A model generated the notes under the pieces. That model was not told the origin of the DNA. It did no database searches and was given only the letters and a program-made list of their open reading frames with translations. Positions 55,971 through 64,000 of a stretch of DNA of 64,000 nucleotides are shown here, one piece after another (position 1 is the first letter of the stretch; each line of letters opens with the position of its first letter). The translations under genes and the position numbers were made by a program. The stretch is from an uncultured Clostridia bacterium (GTDB lineage Bacteria; Bacillota; Clostridia; Christensenellales; CAG-138), in assembly GCA_944366945.1 (NCBI GenBank), contig CALVWJ010000001.1, positions 98,404-162,403 on the forward strand, in the 5' to 3' direction.

Positions 55971-58391
55971 TCAAGCTTTGCGGAACACAAGCTTTCCATC
56001 CTCCGCAAAAGCAGTCACGGAATCACCCAGTTTGATGCGGCCTGCTAGCACTTCTTCACTCAAACTGTCTTCTACTTGATGCTGAATGGCACGGCGCAGC
56101 GGCCGCGCGCCATAAAGCGGGTCGAACCCGGAACTGGAGAGCAGCGCTTCCGCTTCGGGCGTCACGGTGAGCGAGATGCCGCGCGCCTTGAGACGATCGG
56201 TGATGCGCGCAAGCATCAGCCGGGCAATGGCACGCATTTCGGTTTCCTCCAGCGGGTTGAACATGATGATCTCGTCTACGCGGTTTAAGAATTCGGGGCG
56301 AAACGTTTTTTTCAGTTCGGCCATCATGGTTTCACGCAGGCGTTCCCGCGTGAGCGCATCCGAAGCTGCGCCGAACCCTACTGTGTGCGCCTGCTGTGCA
56401 TGCGAAAGCCCGGCATTGGTGGTCATGATGATCACCGTGTTGCGGAAATCCACAGTGTGCCCTTGCGCATCCGTGAGCCGCCCATCTTCGAGCACCTGCA
56501 ACAAAAGGTTGAACACATCCGGGTGCGCTTTCTCGAGCTCATCAAGCAAAATTACGCTATAAGGTCTGCGGCGCACGCGTTCGGTAAGCTGGCCGCCATC
56601 GCCATATCCCACATAGCCCGGTGGGGAACCAATAAGCTTGCTCACACTGTGCATTTCCATATATTCGCTCATGTCTAGGCGCACCATTGCATTTTCATCG
56701 CCGAAGAGGGCCTCTGCAAGCGCGCGGGAAAGCTCTGTTTTCCCCACGCCCGTGGGGCCGATGAAAAGATAGGAACCAATGGGGCGCGCAGGATCCTTGA
56801 GCCCGGCGCGCGCGCGGCGGATCGCCCGCGAAACGGCAGAAACAGCTTCCTCCTGTCCTATAACGCGCCGGTGCAGCGTCTCTTCCAGGTGCAGCAGCTT
56901 CTCGCTCTCATCTTCCGTAAGCTGGCGCACGGGGATCCCTGTCCACGCATGCACGACATCTGCAATATCCTCTTCCGTGACAGTGGACTCCCGGTTATCC
57001 CGTTCGCGTTCCCAATCGGCCTCTGTCGCGGAAATCTGCGCGCTGAGGTGCTGCTCCTCATCGCGCAGCGCAGCAGCACGTTCATAGTTCTGGTTGTTGA
57101 CGGCCTCTTCCTTTTCTTTGCGCAGCCCTTCGATGCGTTCGCGCAATGCCTTTACGTCCGGCGGGGTGTTATAAGCGCGCAGGCGAACGCGGCTTGCAGC
57201 TTCATCCATAAGGTCAATCGCTTTATCCGGCAGGAACCGGTCCGGAATATAGCGGCCGGAAAGCTCCACCGCCGCGCGGATGGCTTCATCCGTAATGCGC
57301 GCTTTATGGTGCGCTTCATAGCGGTCACGCAGGCCGAAGAGGATGGCAACGGCCTCCTCTCGCGTTGGCTCGCCGACGGTTACAGGCTGGAAACGCCGCT
57401 CAAGCGCAGCATCCTTTTCGATGTGCTTGCGGTATTCATCAAGCGTTGTTGCGCCAATCACTTGGATTTCCCCGCGGGCGAGCGCCGGCTTTAAAATGTT
57501 GGAAGCGTCGATACTGCCCTCCGTTGCGCCAGCGCCAACGATGGTGTGCAGTTCATCGATAAATAAAATTGTGCTGCCATCCGCGCGCAACTCATCGATC
57601 GCGTTCGTAATGCGCTCCTCAAATTCGCCGCGGTATTTCGTGCCGGCAAGCATGGAACCAAGATCCAGCGTAACAATTCGCTTATCCTTCAACAATTCCG
57701 GGATTTTACCAGCAGCAATACGCTGCGCAAGGCCTTCGATCACGGTGCTTTTTCCAACGCCAGGATCGCCGATGAGCGCCGGGTTGTTCTTTGTGCGGCG
57801 GCAGAGAATCTGAATCACACGCTGGATTTCCGTTTCGCGGCCGATCACAGGGTCAAGTTCACCATCTCGCGCAGCGCGCGTGAGATCTCGCCCATATTGA
57901 TCGAGAATAGGGGTGCCTTGCCCCTTCTGTGCAGGCTTTTGCGCAGCTTCAGCAGTCGGGCGACCGCCTGCAAGCACGGATTGCAGGCCGGGAATGTCCG
58001 CGCCAAGATCCTGCAGAATGCGCACGGCCACGCTATCCCGCTCCCGCAGGATTGCAAGGAGGATGTGCTCTGTGCCAATATAGCCCATTTTGAGGGATTT
58101 TGCTTCGTAAAGGCTTAATTCAAGAATCTTTTTTGTGCGGGGCGTATAGCCAAAGCTGTCGGTAAAGTGGTAGTCCCCGCGCCCTACAAGCGCATCCGCG
58201 CGCTCTGCAACAGCATCTGCAGTTACGCCGAAAGCGGAAAGCGCCTTGTAAGCCGCGCCTTCCTCTTCCCGAATAAGGCCCAGCAAAAGATGCTCACTCC
58301 CAACATAGTTGTGGCCCATTGCCCGCGCGGCTTCCTGCGCGAGGGCAAGGGCACGCTTTGCGCCTTCCGTGCAGCGTTCTAAAAAGCTCAT
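55971..58391 (-). CDS. clpC: ATP-dependent Clp protease ATP-binding subunit ClpC
   Basis: 806 aa. Double Clp_N repeat, GDPGVGKS and GPTGVGKTE P-loops, and a UVR motif between the AAA modules. Confidence 0.93.
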   Translation of the reverse strand: MSFLERCTEGAKRALALAQEAARAMGHNYVGSEHLLLGLIREEEGAAYKALSAFGVTADAVAERADALVGRGDYHFTDSFGYTPRTKKILELSLYEAKSLKMGYIGTEHILLAILRERDSVAVRILQDLGADIPGLQSVLAGGRPTAEAAQKPAQKGQGTPILDQYGRDLTRAARDGELDPVIGRETEIQRVIQILCRRTKNNPALIGDPGVGKSTVIEGLAQRIAAGKIPELLKDKRIVTLDLGSMLAGTKYRGEFEERITNAIDELRADGSTILFIDELHTIVGAGATEGSIDASNILKPALARGEIQVIGATTLDEYRKHIEKDAALERRFQPVTVGEPTREEAVAILFGLRDRYEAHHKARITDEAIRAAVELSGRYIPDRFLPDKAIDLMDEAASRVRLRAYNTPPDVKALRERIEGLRKEKEEAVNNQNYERAAALRDEEQHLSAQISATEADWERERDNRESTVTEEDIADVVHAWTGIPVRQLTEDESEKLLHLEETLHRRVIGQEEAVSAVSRAIRRARAGLKDPARPIGSYLFIGPTGVGKTELSRALAEALFGDENAMVRLDMSEYMEMHSVSKLIGSPPGYVGYGDGGQLTERVRRRPYSVILLDELEKAHPDVFNLLLQVLEDGRLTDAQGHTVDFRNTVIIMTTNAGLSHAQQAHTVGFGAASDALTRERLRETMMAELKKTFRPEFLNRVDEIIMFNPLEETEMRAIARLMLARITDRLKARGISLTVTPEAEALLSSSGFDPLYGARPLRRAIQHQVEDSLSEEVLAGRIKLGDSVTAFAEDGKLVFRKA

Positions 58392-58430
58392 TTGCGCTCC
58401 CCCTTACGTGGTCGCTTATTTTTCAGTTCC

Positions 58431-58459
58431 ATTTTAAAGCAAAACCGGCTTGCTCGCAA
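58431..58459 (-). promoter_or_regulatory. candidate sigma-A promoter of clpC
   Basis: On the minus strand: TTGCGA (58454-58459), a 17-nt spacer, then TAAAAT (58431-58436). Confidence 0.45.
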
Positions 58460-58632
58460 CCGCCTACCCAGCATAGATGGGCATAAGCCTTGCGATCATG
58501 AGTTCGAGGGGGATTGATATAAAAGCTTTTATTGAAAGAAAGAAAAAGCTGCGTTTACACGGAATGGTGCTATAGAGAGGCGCGCTTAAAAAACGGAAGC
58601 TGGATGCTCGCTGCCCGGAACATGAGAATGCG

Positions 58633-59244
58633 CTATCCCATGCGGTAGGACAAGTCGCTCATCTTCTTGATTATCCGTTTCCCGGATTCCTCCGCATACA
58701 TCTTGCTTACACCGCCGGAAACGCCATAGAGCTCAAAATGGTTGAGCGAGGTAACGCCTGCCCCCAGGAACATGGCGTTGAAAACGCTTAGAAGATCTCC
58801 ATGGGATACGATGATTACGGTCTCCGCCTCGCTTGCCATCATTTTTTCAAAGAAGGGAGATAGGCGGTTCCATACGTCTCTGCGGCTCTCTGCATCGGAA
58901 AACATCCTGTCGTCGATTGTTTTTTCTTGGCATTCGATGTGTTCTTTAAGCCATTGAATGGATTTACCAACGCATTTTCCCAAATTGCGCTCCCGCAGCG
59001 CTGTTTCCAGGATGGGCTGCAGGCCAAGATGCTTGCCGACGATTTCGGCGGTTTGCTTTGCCCTTGCAAGATCGGAAGCATACATCACGACCGGCTTCCC
59101 CGCAAGTTCTGCGGAAAGCTTTTTGCCGATGTTTTCCGCCTGCTGCTTTCCAAGCTCGGAAAGATCCCAATCCGTCCATGAACCCACCATGCCATTGGTG
59201 TGATGGATCGATTCGGTGTGCTGGATCGTAAAGATGGTTTTCAT
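58633..59244 (-). CDS. histidine phosphatase family protein (phosphoglycerate mutase-like)
   Basis: Start at ATG 59244, behind AAAGGAGG. The N-terminus has IQHTES in place of the usual RHGE-type phosphohistidine motif, and there is an internal VSHGD. Confidence 0.75.
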   Translation of the reverse strand: MKTIFTIQHTESIHHTNGMVGSWTDWDLSELGKQQAENIGKKLSAELAGKPVVMYASDLARAKQTAEIVGKHLGLQPILETALRERNLGKCVGKSIQWLKEHIECQEKTIDDRMFSDAESRRDVWNRLSPFFEKMMASEAETVIIVSHGDLLSVFNAMFLGAGVTSLNHFELYGVSGGVSKMYAEESGKRIIKKMSDLSYRMG

Positions 59245-59678
59245 GAATAACCTCCTTTTCAAAAATGCGTCATACGAGAGATGTGTTAAATTACATTTTA
59301 ACATATATAAAATGATATGGTCAAGCAACGGGATTTCCAACCGTGCATGATCTGTAAGGCGCGTTTATGCAAAGCTGCAATATCCCTGCAAAATGGCTGC
59401 CAGCTTTCGGCGAAACGGTTGCTGTGCGGTGCTTTTGCGTATGAAAACGAATGAAGGGCTTAACGCTTTTTTCAACTTTGTGGAAGAAAGCACAACGAAA
59501 TATCTCGCTTATGCTGCGCTTAATAAAGAAGCTCTAAAAAAGGATGTAATCGGACAAAAAAGCATCAACAAATGCTTTTAAATATGGTATGATAAAACGA
59601 TATGAACTGTCGCACTTAGGACGTGCAGCATATATATGGACAAAAAGGAGTTTGTCTCCGATTTGAAGGAGTGAGGAT

Positions 59679-60818
59679 ATGATTTATCTCGACAATAGCG
59701 CCACAACCCGCACGCTCACAGCAGCGGCGGAAGCGGCGCGTCAATATATGGACGAAAACTTTTTCAACCCTGCGGCAGCATATGCGCCTGCAGTGGAAAG
59801 TGAGCGCGCGGTAAACGGAGCGCGGGCGCGGCTTGCCGACGCCATGCACGCCGGAGCCGATGAAATCATTTTTACCTCCGGCGGCACGGAGAGCAACAAT
59901 ATGGCCATCCGCGGCTCCCTTGGCGCAATGCGGGGGCGCGGCAGGATTATCATGAGCGCTGTGGAACATCCGTCGGTTTTTGAGGTGATGCGCAACCTTT
60001 CTGCCGAATATAACGTCGTGGAAGCCGGGGTGGACAAGGAGGGACGCGTGGACCTTGGCGGACTCTCCCAACTGATTACGCCGAACACGCGCCTTGTTTC
60101 CATCATGCAGGTAAACAACGAAACGGGTGCCGTCAACGACATTCCGGCCATCTATAAGCTTGTGAAGCGAATGGCGCCGGGCGCCCTTTTGCATGTAGAT
60201 GGCGTGCAGGGCTTTTTAAAAGTGCCCTTTGATGCGCGCAACTGCGATTTTTATACCATCAGCGGCCATAAATTTCATGGCCCCAAAGGCGTAGGGGCGC
60301 TGTTTGTGCGCAAAGGCACGCGCTTCCTTGGCGGGCAGATCGGCGGTGGACAGGAGCACAACCTGCGTTCCGGCACAACGAATACGCCGGGCATCATGGG
60401 CATGGATGCTGCGCTGCAATACTATCTTGCAAATCAGCAGGCGATCTGGCAGAACATGCGGGCTTGCAAGGTACGCCTTGCTGGAAACCTGCTCTCGCTC
60501 CCGGATGTGTTTTTAAACGGCCCTGCGCCGGAAAGTGGGGCGCCGCATATTTTGAACCTTTCTTTTTTGGGGGTACGCGGCGAAGTGTTGCTGCATGCGC
60601 TTGAGGAAAAGCGGATCTATGTTTCTACGGGTTCGGCCTGCTCTGCACACAAGAAGGGCAAAAACCGCATCCTAAACGCTATGGGCGTGACGGGGGAGCG
60701 GCAGGAAGGCGCAATCCGTTTTAGCTTTTCGGCGTTCAATACGCCTGCGGAAATGGATGAGGCTGCTTCGGCTATCGCAGAACTTCTGGGAATGCTGCGG
60801 CGGTTTAAAAGAAGATAA
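59679..60818 (+). CDS. cysteine desulfurase (NifS/IscS class)
   Basis: 379 aa. PLP-lysine motif SGHKFHGPKG and active-site GSACS. Confidence 0.9.
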   Translation: MIYLDNSATTRTLTAAAEAARQYMDENFFNPAAAYAPAVESERAVNGARARLADAMHAGADEIIFTSGGTESNNMAIRGSLGAMRGRGRIIMSAVEHPSVFEVMRNLSAEYNVVEAGVDKEGRVDLGGLSQLITPNTRLVSIMQVNNETGAVNDIPAIYKLVKRMAPGALLHVDGVQGFLKVPFDARNCDFYTISGHKFHGPKGVGALFVRKGTRFLGGQIGGGQEHNLRSGTTNTPGIMGMDAALQYYLANQQAIWQNMRACKVRLAGNLLSLPDVFLNGPAPESGAPHILNLSFLGVRGEVLLHALEEKRIYVSTGSACSAHKKGKNRILNAMGVTGERQEGAIRFSFSAFNTPAEMDEAASAIAELLGMLRRFKRR

Positions 60819-60863
60819 ACGGCAGGAGCCAAATTACATCAGAAAAAGCTTTGGAGGTTTACA

Positions 60864-62033
60864 GTGGAACAGATTCTGCTCGTCCGCTATGGCGAGATTC
60901 ATCTCAAGGGGCTTAACCGCCCCTTCTTTGAGCGCAAACTGATCGAAGGCATCAACAACGCGCTGCGTGGTTTTGGCGCTACGGTGCGCCGCGAACAGGG
61001 GCGCATCTACGTGCATGGCGTGTCGGAAGACCGGATTGAGGATGCCTGCGATGCGCTTACCCGCGTGTTTGGCGTGCATTCCATCAGCCCGGCGGTAGCG
61101 GTGGAGAAGGACTGGGATGCCATCGTGGATGCAGCAGCACGCCTTACAGAGCAGGCAGCGGGCGGGCAGGCGAAAACATTTAAAGTGTATGCCCGCCGCT
61201 CGGATAAACGCTTCCCCATGAACTCCGAAGCCATCAGCCGCGAGCTTGGCCATGCGCTCCTGCAGCGCTTTGCAAATTTGAAGGTGGATGTGCATGCACC
61301 CGAGATCAAGGTGTGCGTGGAGATTCGTGAGCAGGCATTTATCTATGCGGACGAGATCATGGGGGCTGGCGGGATGCCGACCGGGACGGCAGGCCGGGCT
61401 GCGCTGCTCATTTCCGGTGGGATCGATAGCCCTGTTGCAGGATATCTGATGGCAAAGCGCGGGCTTGTGCTTTCCGCCGTGCATTTTTACAGTTACCCTT
61501 ATACCAGCGCGCGGGCGCGGGACAAGGTCGTGACGCTTACGCGCCTTGTTTCCCGCTATGCCGGGCCGATCCGCCTGCATCTGGTACCGTTTACGGAAAT
61601 TCAGCTCGCAATTTATGAAAAATGCCCGCCCAAGGAAACGACTGTGCTCATGCGGCGGCTCATGATGCGCATTGCAGAGCAAATCGCTCAAAAAGACGGC
61701 GCACTTGCGCTCATTACAGGGGAGGCGCTGGGGCAGGTCGCAAGCCAAACCCTCGAAAGCCTGTGCGTGACGGATGACGCGGTAAACATGCCGGTATTCC
61801 GTCCGCTGATTGGATTTGACAAGGAGGAGATCGTTTCGATTGCAAAGCGCATCGGTACGTTTGAAACTTCCATCCTGCCTTACGAGGATTGCTGCACTGT
61901 GTTCGTGCCGCAGCACCCGGTTACAAAGCCGGAGGTAGAGAAACTGCGGGAAAGCGAAGCCATGGTAGACTTTACCCCCATGGTGGAGGCTGCGCTTGTG
62001 CGCACAGAATTGCTTTTAGTCGACGGAGTGTGA
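60864..62033 (+). CDS. thiI: tRNA 4-thiouridine synthase
   Basis: 389 aa. GTG start 6 nt after GGAGG. THUMP N-terminus and PP-loop SGGIDSPVA. Confidence 0.9.
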   Translation: MEQILLVRYGEIHLKGLNRPFFERKLIEGINNALRGFGATVRREQGRIYVHGVSEDRIEDACDALTRVFGVHSISPAVAVEKDWDAIVDAAARLTEQAAGGQAKTFKVYARRSDKRFPMNSEAISRELGHALLQRFANLKVDVHAPEIKVCVEIREQAFIYADEIMGAGGMPTGTAGRAALLISGGIDSPVAGYLMAKRGLVLSAVHFYSYPYTSARARDKVVTLTRLVSRYAGPIRLHLVPFTEIQLAIYEKCPPKETTVLMRRLMMRIAEQIAQKDGALALITGEALGQVASQTLESLCVTDDAVNMPVFRPLIGFDKEEIVSIAKRIGTFETSILPYEDCCTVFVPQHPVTKPEVEKLRESEAMVDFTPMVEAALVRTELLLVDGV

Positions 62034-62115
62034 CGGTTTACCCTTTATTCACACTTCGGGCATGCAGAAAGTGCTATAATTTAAAACAACAAAGGCTTGA
62101 AAGGAGGCACGCTGC

Positions 62116-62937
62116 GTGAAACGCGTTTCCCTGTGGATGATGGGTTTGCTCTTTGCATGCTTTTGCGCTTGCAGCGCACCTTCTGAGCCGGTTGGGACAA
62201 CGGTGGATGGAATGGAGGACGGCGCTGCAACGCCTGTCATGGAACCTAATGCAATGCTTGCCACAGAAGAAAACATGGAACCGCTTTCTTATATGCGCGC
62301 AGAGCAGGAATATGGAGATAGCAGCTTTATCAGCTACCCATATTTGATGGATCCAGAATACGATGCGATTAACCTTGCAATTCAGAGTGCCATCCGCACA
62401 GCACTCGATGCACTTGATAGGGCTACTTATACACATTGTGAGATCATGTGCAACCTCTACGGCCTTTTTTCCGTGCGCATCGAGGTATATGACCTTGGAA
62501 GCAACGAGCTGCTCGCGGTTGTTCCGCTGACGTTCCGTGCAGCAGACTGCGCGCAGCTTACGCTGGGAGATTTGTTTGATCCGGAAAATGAACGTTGGCG
62601 CGGGCTTATCCCGGATATTGTGATGCTCCAGGCTGAAAAGGATGGGCTTACGCTGCTGTGCGATGTAATGCCTGCGGCAGATGATCAGGGGTATTATTTG
62701 ACGGCAGATGCGTTGGTGCTGGTTTACCGCCCTTATGAAATCACAACATACTCCGCAGGATGGCCGGAGTTTTCCATTCCGCTCAATCAGCTAACGGAGT
62801 TTTTCTTGCCGGATAGCGCGCCCATGCGCCTAATTTCCGATGGAACGCGTGGAATGTTGGAAGAGCAAAGCAGAAGGGCGGATGGAGGGCTTGAATCCGT
62901 CATTGAAGAAAAAGAAACGGAGGTAGTACTGCCATGA
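62116..62937 (+). CDS. lipoprotein, DUF3298/RsiV-like fold suspected
   Basis: 273 aa. GTG start behind AGGAGG. Lipobox FCAC. The family call is tentative. Confidence 0.6.
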   Translation: MKRVSLWMMGLLFACFCACSAPSEPVGTTVDGMEDGAATPVMEPNAMLATEENMEPLSYMRAEQEYGDSSFISYPYLMDPEYDAINLAIQSAIRTALDALDRATYTHCEIMCNLYGLFSVRIEVYDLGSNELLAVVPLTFRAADCAQLTLGDLFDPENERWRGLIPDIVMLQAEKDGLTLLCDVMPAADDQGYYLTADALVLVYRPYEITTYSAGWPEFSIPLNQLTEFFLPDSAPMRLISDGTRGMLEEQSRRADGGLESVIEEKETEVVLP

Positions 62938-63182
62938 GATGCAGCTGCCGCGTTTGCGGAACGTATATGGTGCAGGTTGAACATGGTTTGAACAGCGGGT
63001 GCAAATGCCCGGATTGCGGCGCGATGTGCCATGACTGCATGGGCAGCAGCCAGCCCCCGATGTCCGTAAGCGAGCTGCGCGCGCAGATGGCAATGCGGAT
63101 ACGCGCGGACGCGGAAGAGGGGACCGATGACGTTGACCTTGATCCGTTGGCGTCCATGCGGCCGGACCCGGATACAGATTAG
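62934..63182 (+). CDS. small Cys-rich zinc-ribbon protein with acidic tail
   Basis: 82 aa. ATGA overlap with the upstream gene. Cys motifs CxCxxC...CxCxxC...CxxC. The C-terminus is rich in D/E. Confidence 0.55.
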   Translation: MRCSCRVCGTYMVQVEHGLNSGCKCPDCGAMCHDCMGSSQPPMSVSELRAQMAMRIRADAEEGTDDVDLDPLASMRPDPDTD

Positions 63183-63679
63183 GCTGAAAAACAGATGGCA
63201 TTTTGGAAAAAATGCAAGGGCCGTGAAGCTTCGCTGCGCCGGCAACTTGTGTGGGTTTTTAAAAAAGAATATGCCTTTATACGGGGAGGAAGCTTTGCTG
63301 TGCAGGCTTCCTTTTGGCATGCCGAAAAACGACTTGTGTCAGAACTCCAAGCTTTCCTATAGTTTCAAGCCTTTATCCTGCGGGCCTATGCAAAGAATTG
63401 CTCTATATGTGCTGTAAAGCCAATGTATCCTTGGAACAGCGGCCGCCAGAGATTCGCTCATTTTGCGATGTAAAGCGCTTTTCACGCGCATGCGCTCACA
63501 AATGGAAAGGAATGCTTTTAAAAGCGGGAAACGATTTGGAGAAATTCCAGTTTCTTATTCCACCTTAATCGGGAGTTGCGCAAATTTGCCCAAAGGGAAA
63601 TACAAAAGCGGTGTTCTTTCGAAAAAAGAAGCCGCCTATTGTAAAACAATGGAAGATGTATGCATGCGGTTCCAGTCCT

Positions 63680-63829
63680 TTATGCTTCTTTTGAAAAAAC
63701 AATCATCAAACAGACTTTCCAATAATTCCAATAGGTCATACTCACAACTTCCCAGCCCTGTGCCGCCATAGCGTTCATCGTTTTTTCCGCATCTCGTTTT
63801 TTTACTTCAACGATTTTATATTCTTTCAT
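63680..63829 (-). CDS. DUF4177 family small protein (49 aa)
   Basis: Not in the ORF track because it is shorter than 60 aa. The minus strand reads GGAGGcacaccttATG, encoding MKEYKIVEVKKRDAEKTMNAMAAQGWEVVSMTYWNYWKVCLMIVFSKEA. The pattern is typical of DUF4177. Confidence 0.7.
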   Translation of the reverse strand: MKEYKIVEVKKRDAEKTMNAMAAQGWEVVSMTYWNYWKVCLMIVFSKEA

Positions 63830-63870
63830 AAGGTGTGCCTCCGTTAGCACTTGATGCAAAAGCTGATTGG

Positions 63871-63899
63871 ATTATACAGTATGCTTTAGGGCATGGCAA
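63871..63899 (-). promoter_or_regulatory. sigma-A type promoter of the DUF4177 gene
   Basis: On the minus strand: TTGCCA (63894-63899), a 17-nt spacer, then TATAAT (63871-63876). Confidence 0.55.
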
Positions 63900-64000
63900 T
63901 AGGGGAGCGGGCTCACCTGCGCCTATGTTCTTCTTAAGAACCTCGCCGGCAGCTCGCATTTGGTGCCCAGCTAATGCCTAACCTTATTTAACTAACGCCT

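Noticed and set aside
59393-59581. 62-aa ORF between the histidine phosphatase and the cysteine desulfurase.
   Set aside because: No RBS and an odd composition. It more likely lies within the nifS-thiI promoter region.
60834-61916. 360-aa minus-strand ORF. Similar long antisense ORFs occur at 35602-36549, 3392-4279, 11804-12550, 31968-32939 and 37241-38131.
   Set aside because: They lie antisense to well-supported genes (thiI, uvrB, aroC, ABC exporter, vanW, uvrA). Their composition is Arg/Ala/His/Cys-rich and unlike real proteins, and they have no RBS. These are typical GC-rich shadow ORFs.
63195-63362. 55-aa plus-strand ORF (MAFWKKCKGREASL...) after the zinc-ribbon gene.
   Set aside because: No Shine-Dalgarno, no recognisable family, and it lies in an AT-rich spacer. 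Evidence is insufficient.
63843-63870. TTAGCACTT at the window end resembles the left half of a CIRCE/HrcA operator.
   Set aside because: The partner half, 9 nt downstream, reads GCTGATTGG rather than GAGTGCTAA. There is no inverted repeat, and the adjacent gene is not a chaperone.
1-64000. Looked for CRISPR arrays, tRNA/rRNA genes, transposases, integrases, phage or defence-system genes.
   Set aside because: I saw no regularly spaced direct repeats, no cloverleaf-like or rRNA-like segments, and no ORF with transposase, integrase, nuclease-helicase or other defence-type motifs. Apart from the hypotheticals, the gene content is housekeeping, envelope and regulatory.

Overview
GC-rich chromosomal segment (mid-50s % GC by eye) that looks like the core genome of a spore-forming Clostridia-type Firmicute. 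Supporting this are BofA and YaaL, Rex, a PyrR attenuator, Gram-positive style GGAGG ribosome-binding sites and TTGACA/TATAAT promoters. I support about 60 protein genes. I saw no rRNA, tRNA, CRISPR array, transposase, integrase or phage gene. Gene order: (1) a translationally coupled aromatic amino acid cluster, tyrA(partial)-aroB-aroA-aroC-pheA-aroE/aroK fusion. (2) punA, a divergent MtnA/eIF2B-like isomerase and an M42 peptidase, all behind a long terminator-containing leader. (3) A low-GC pair of membrane proteins. (4) A heterodimeric ABC exporter preceded by a promoter, a 26-codon mini-ORF and a terminator. (5) rsmF-like 16S rRNA methyltransferase plus an AAC(6')-I-like acetyltransferase. 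(6) ybaK, then pyrR-uraA with a PyrR-type attenuator. (7) An M20 amidohydrolase behind a 650-nt untranslated region. (8) A PG-binding/LysM/M14 peptidase divergent from an OmpR/HK two-component system. (9) An amino-acid ABC importer, mmcQ/yjbR and vanW. (10) An ECF S-component plus coaX. (11) uvrB-uvrA, a nitroreductase and rex. (12) A run of small or hypothetical genes: tandem GNAT, membrane+XRE pair, DUF1294, ttcA-like, mini P-loop protein. (13) An S41 peptidase, DUF378, a zinc-ribbon/Ig-like membrane protein and a beta-propeller lipoprotein. (14) yaaL-bofA, a lipoprotein, an amidase and clpC. (15) A histidine phosphatase and nifS-thiI. (16) A lipoprotein plus a small zinc-ribbon protein, and a DUF4177 mini-gene that falls below the ORF-track cutoff. 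I found no defence island or mobile element. The observations most worth a second look are non-coding: two candidate cis-regulatory leaders (upstream of punA and of the ABC exporter), a 650-nt leader before the M20 gene, and a 630-bp gene-free interval between convergent genes with long-range inverted repeats. All family assignments come from motif recognition by eye, not from database searches.
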